A DNA stretch of 11,973 nucleotides, taken from Bacteroides sp. Its GTDB lineage: Bacteria > Bacteroidota > Bacteroidia > G022818785. The DNA lies in the NCBI GenBank assembly GCA_022818785.1, contig CP063811.1, forward strand, positions 1 through 11,973. The letters are read 5' to 3'. Position 1 is the first letter of the stretch; each line of letters opens with the position of its first letter. Shown here piece after piece: positions 8,242 through 11,973 of the stretch. A program made the translations under genes and the position numbers. The notes under the pieces are model-generated. The model saw only the letters and a program-made list of their open reading frames with translations, did no database searches and was not told where the DNA came from.

Positions 8242-9014
8242 ATGCAAGAAAATAAGTTTAAGAAATTACGTATAATATTTGATAAAATATATGACAATAT
8301 TAATTTTGATTATTTTGTTAAATATGATCCTATACAAATACCTCATTTATTTAAAAATAAAAAAGATATAGAAACTATATCATTATTCACTGCAATATTA
8401 TCATGGGGTAGAAGAAGTATTATAATAAATAAATGTTATGAAATAATTAAAATAATGAATTATCAACCATATAATTTTGTTATGCAACATAGTAATAAAG
8501 ATTTAAGTTTATTTAAAAATTTTCGACATAGAACATTTAATCATATTGATATTGTTAATATTATTAAATCATTAAAATATTTTTATACATTACACAATTC
8601 TATAGAAGATATTTTTTTAAAAAAAAAAATACTAATATGAAAAATGCAATTAATTATTTTAAGCAATATTTTATTGATCATAAAATGGATCTTTATAAAT
8701 ATATATCATCTCCAAATGAAAAATCAGCATGTAAAAAAATAAATATGTTTTTAAGATGGATGGTTAGAAAAGATTCTAAAAATATAGATTTTGGTATATG
8801 GAATAAAATAAATCCTCAAGATTTAATATGTCCAATAGATATACATGTCGGTAATGCTGCAAGAAATTTACATCTTATTAAAGATAATAAATATAATAAT
8901 TGGAATGCAGCTGAAGAGCTTACTTCCAATTTAAAAATGATTAATAAATCAGACCCTATTAAATATGATATAGTACTATTTACTATAAGTAAAGAAAATA
9001 TTATAATTTCCTAA
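8242..9014 (+). pseudogene. TIGR02757/DUF2400 family gene split into two ORFs (8242-8640 and 8637-9014) by a frameshift in an A11 run; may be expressed by slippage or may be a sequencing error
   Basis: The N-half has DPIQIPH.F...DIE...ILSWGRR and FRHRTFN. The C-half has SACKKINMFLRWMVRKD, DFGIW, LICPIDIHV and DPIKYD. Adding one A to 8619-8629 fuses them into a single 257-aa ORF. Confidence 0.85.
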
Positions 9015-9636
9015 TTATCATCAAACCATCTCTTATAGACAAAATCATATTATCTACTTTTAAATCTTCTTTAATTTTTAAATTAAAAATTCGCATTTTT
9101 TTTGTAATACCAATATCATTATATGATTCATTTACAACTTGATTTTTCCATAAAACATTATCTAAAATCATAATACCATTTTTTCTTAATAATGGTAAAG
9201 TATTTATGTAAAAATAGTAATAATCACTTTTATTACAATCTATAAATATTAAATCAAATTTATATTTTAAATTATTAATAATTTCTTTAGCATTATTGTT
9301 ATAATATAATATGTTATTTTTATAATTTTTTGTTATATATTTAATCCATAAATTGAGTTCTTTGTTTATATCAATAGTTATAATTAAACCATTTTTATTT
9401 AATCCTTGATAAAGTGAAAATAATGAGTAACCAGTATAAGTTCCTATTTCCAGTATATAATTAGGATTCATCATATAACTTATCATTGAAAGAAATTTTC
9501 CCTGTAAACGACTAGACATCATATAATGATTTTTATAATTTTTTACTGTATATTCTCTAATATATTTCAATATATCAGATTCATAACTTAGATTATGATC
9601 TACATAATAGTCTGTTTTTTCTTTATTAAAAATCAT
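9001..9636 (-). CDS. Class I SAM-dependent O-methyltransferase (Methyltransf_3 / YrrM-like)
   Basis: MMSSRLQGKFL, ILEIGTYTGYS, FDLIFIDCNK, LDNVLW and SIRDGLMI. Its 3' end overlaps the convergent TIGR02757 ORF by 14 nt. Confidence 0.9.
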   Translation of the reverse strand: MIFNKEKTDYYVDHNLSYESDILKYIREYTVKNYKNHYMMSSRLQGKFLSMISYMMNPNYILEIGTYTGYSLFSLYQGLNKNGLIITIDINKELNLWIKYITKNYKNNILYYNNNAKEIINNLKYKFDLIFIDCNKSDYYYFYINTLPLLRKNGIMILDNVLWKNQVVNESYNDIGITKKMRIFNLKIKEDLKVDNMILSIRDGLMIIRKL

Positions 9637-10454
9637 TATAAATATTTGATTGTTATATATGATAATATAAATGGAGATGATAGTATAAGACTATCAAATC
9701 TATCTAAAAATCCTCCATGACCAGGAAAAATATGACTTGTGTCTTTAATATTAAGATTTCTTTTTATATTAGATTCTATAAAATCTCCTAAAGTGCCAAA
9801 TAGTATTATTATTATCGATATAATAATCCAATCATAACAATCTAAAATAGATTGTATTATATAATTTATTTGAATACTTAAATAAATACTAGTTATTGAA
9901 CCACATAATAATCCCTCCCATGTTTTATTAGGAGATATACTTTTAATAATAATAGTCTTTCCAATTAAAGATCCAAATAAATAAGAAGAAGAATCATATA
10001 TCCATATGATAGTCAATATTCCTATAATAATAAAATTATTATCTGTTTTTTGAATAAATTTTATACTTATAAAAGATAAAAATCCAATTAAAATATACAT
10101 TAATATGCCAGTTCCAATAAATATATTATTGATAGCATATTTAGTACTATGAAAAATAGAAAATATCATTGATAACAATATTAAAGGTATAATAATAATA
10201 AAATATTTTTCAGAATATTGAAAAATTAATATCAAAGAATATAAAAAATATATTATAATTCCATTGATAATATATATATAGTAATTAATTTTATATATCG
10301 TTTTATTAAATATATTATATAATTCTATTAAACTGAAAATTGATATAAAAAAATATAGAATAAGAAAAGTAAAATTATTATAATAAACACATACAGTAGT
10401 AATCAATACTATCAGGATACTTGTTAAAATTCTATTAACCAAATTAGTGTACAT
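9636..10454 (-). CDS. cdsA: Phosphatidate cytidylyltransferase (CDP-diacylglycerol synthase)
   Basis: Polytopic protein with W.YDS.SYL.G..IGK, ISPNKTWEG, GDFIES.IKR...IKD and PGHGGFLDRFDS. The stop overlaps the downstream methyltransferase start (TAATG). Confidence 0.95.
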   Translation of the reverse strand: MYTNLVNRILTSILIVLITTVCVYYNNFTFLILYFFISIFSLIELYNIFNKTIYKINYYIYIINGIIIYFLYSLILIFQYSEKYFIIIIPLILLSMIFSIFHSTKYAINNIFIGTGILMYILIGFLSFISIKFIQKTDNNFIIIGILTIIWIYDSSSYLFGSLIGKTIIIKSISPNKTWEGLLCGSITSIYLSIQINYIIQSILDCYDWIIISIIIILFGTLGDFIESNIKRNLNIKDTSHIFPGHGGFLDRFDSLILSSPFILSYITIKYL

Positions 10455-10525
10455 AATTTATAAAATAAATTTACTAAATTATCACAAATATTGTACTTAT
10501 AAAAGTAATAATATAACTATATTAT

Positions 10526-10533
10526 CAAATATA
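10526..10533 (-). promoter_or_regulatory. Candidate Bacteroidota -7 promoter element for cdsA and the methyltransferase
   Basis: Minus-strand TATATTTG lies about 70 nt upstream of the cdsA ATG and is the same octamer seen upstream of hppA. No clear -33 element. Confidence 0.35.
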
Positions 10534-10850
10534 TGCATTATAATTGTGACATATAATTTATTGCTTCAATAATGTATATTTATATATTATTCTATTTATA
10601 AATATTATCGAAAATTTCAACAAATTAAAACGCAAAAAAATAAAAATTAAAATTGTTAATATGATATTGATATTTTAATTGTATATAAAAATATACTTTT
10701 GTATTAAAAATTTAAATAATATTTCCTCATTTATAATACAAATAATACAATAAGTTAAAATATAAAAATTATTTAAACTAGTTGTTTAGTAATCATTATT
10801 GAATGATATATCATATATAATTAATAAAATTTTAGATTTATTAAACAATA

Positions 10851-11810
10851 TTATATTATATTTTTATCAATTATAAAAGATGTATCATCTTTATAAAGAT
10901 TAGTTGAGATAACTGATTTATTGCTAATATTATCTACATCTTCTATAATCCACATTTTATTTTCTTTACAATGAAATCTACAATCATTACATATAAAATT
11001 TATAACTTCATTATATAAATTTTTTCTAGCTGTAACTCTTATGATATTATCACCATCATACCATAGCATTACTTTACCACAACATTTCTTACAATTTCTT
11101 CTAGCTTTAATTGGTTTTGTATACCAAACTCTAGATTTAAATCTAAATGTTTTATCGGTTAAAGCACCTACAGGGCAGACATCAATCATATTACCAGAAT
11201 AATCATTATCTATATTATTTTTTATATAAGTACTAATTTCAGCTTTATTACCTCTATTTATCACACCATGTAATCTTTTATTTGTTAAAAGATCCCCTAC
11301 TAAAACACATCTATAACATAATATACATCTATTCATATGTAATTTAATTTTATCACCTATATATATTTCTTTAAATGTTCTTCTCTCAAAAGAGTAATTT
11401 GTTTTTTCAGTACCATGTTTAAATGATAAATTTTGTAATTCACATTCACCTGCTTGATCACAAATAGGACAATCTAATGGATGATTAATTAATAACATTT
11501 CTACAATCCATTTACGTGCCTTTAAAACTTTGCTAGACGTTGTATTTTTTATAATCATACCATCTAACACTTCAGTATTACAAGAAGGAACTAATTTAGG
11601 TGAATTATCAATATTTTTGTTTGACCATTTTACAATTTCAACTAAACAAGTTCTACATTTACCTCCTGAATTAGGTAAACTTGAATAATAACACATTGCA
11701 GGAGGAACTATATCGCCTCCTATTAATCTAGATGTATTGAGTATACTAAATCCCTTTTTAGTTTTTATTTTTATACCATCTATAATGACTTCAATATAAT
11801 CTTTCAACAT
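10851..11810 (-). CDS. nuoG: NADH-quinone oxidoreductase subunit G, short Bacteroidota-type (Fe-S domains only)
   Basis: 2Fe-2S ligands (MCY...GKCRTCLVE...PSC), HPLDCPICDQAGECELQ, RCILCYRC...DVCPVGAL and a further Cys set (CKKCC...ICNDC). It lies directly downstream of nuoF. Confidence 0.93.
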   Translation of the reverse strand: MLKDYIEVIIDGIKIKTKKGFSILNTSRLIGGDIVPPAMCYYSSLPNSGGKCRTCLVEIVKWSNKNIDNSPKLVPSCNTEVLDGMIIKNTTSSKVLKARKWIVEMLLINHPLDCPICDQAGECELQNLSFKHGTEKTNYSFERRTFKEIYIGDKIKLHMNRCILCYRCVLVGDLLTNKRLHGVINRGNKAEISTYIKNNIDNDYSGNMIDVCPVGALTDKTFRFKSRVWYTKPIKARRNCKKCCGKVMLWYDGDNIIRVTARKNLYNEVINFICNDCRFHCKENKMWIIEDVDNISNKSVISTNLYKDDTSFIIDKNII

Positions 11811-11811
11811 A

Positions 11812-11973
11812 TTAACTTATATTTTTACATTTGTTTTCAAATTCAGATCTAAAATGTTTTATAGCACTTATAACTGGCCATGATACAGCATCTCCAAAAG
11901 GACATATGGTATTGCCTTTTATATTATCTGCTATATTAATTAGTAATTCTATATTATTGAAACTATTTTTTTT
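11812..11973 (-). CDS. nuoF: NADH-quinone oxidoreductase subunit F, C-terminal 53 aa (not in the ORF track; truncated by the window edge)
   Basis: Manual minus-strand translation gives KKNSFNNIELLINIADNIKGNTICPFGDAVSWPVISAIKHFRSEFENKCKNIS*. GNTICPxGD..WP....HFR.EF is the NuoF C-terminal motif. The stop lies 1 nt before the nuoG ATG. Confidence 0.93.
   Translation of the reverse strand, partial: KKNSFNNIELLINIADNIKGNTICPFGDAVSWPVISAIKHFRSEFENKCKNIS

Noticed and set aside
8094-8297. 67-aa minus-strand ORF
   Set aside because: Antisense across the argS/TIGR02757 junction, with no motif.
8242-9636. TIGR02757 plus methyltransferase as a defence or restriction-modification pair
   Set aside because: The genes are convergent, the methyltransferase lacks DNA-MTase motifs (DPPY/NPPY/PC), and both families are ordinary Bacteroidota genes.
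10455-10850. tRNA, structured RNA or CRISPR array in the long spacer
   Set aside because: No GC-rich stems, cloverleaf or regularly spaced repeats are visible.
1-11973. Alternative genetic code (TGA read as Trp)
   Set aside because: Conserved Trp residues use TGG, and TGA ends the flippase and M23 genes at their expected C-termini.

Overview
Very AT-rich (roughly 20% GC by eye), gene-dense housekeeping region, most likely from a genome-reduced, host-associated Bacteroidota bacterium using standard code 11. Gene order: 3' part of a flippase, a miniaturised EnvC-like M23 protein, tatA, a K+-dependent membrane H+-pyrophosphatase (hppA), gldC, mlaEFD, argS, a TIGR02757/DUF2400 gene split by a frameshift at an A11 tract, an O-methyltransferase, cdsA, a ~400 bp non-coding gap, a short Bacteroidota-type nuoG and the 3' end of nuoF. 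I see no mobile element, CRISPR array, RNA gene or convincing new multi-gene system. The most notable signals are the homopolymer/slippery-site frameshift, the coiled-coil-less EnvC, a G9 tract in hppA, the nuo operon stopping at nuoG, and the gene set retained despite apparent reduction. All family assignments come from motif recognition, not database searches.
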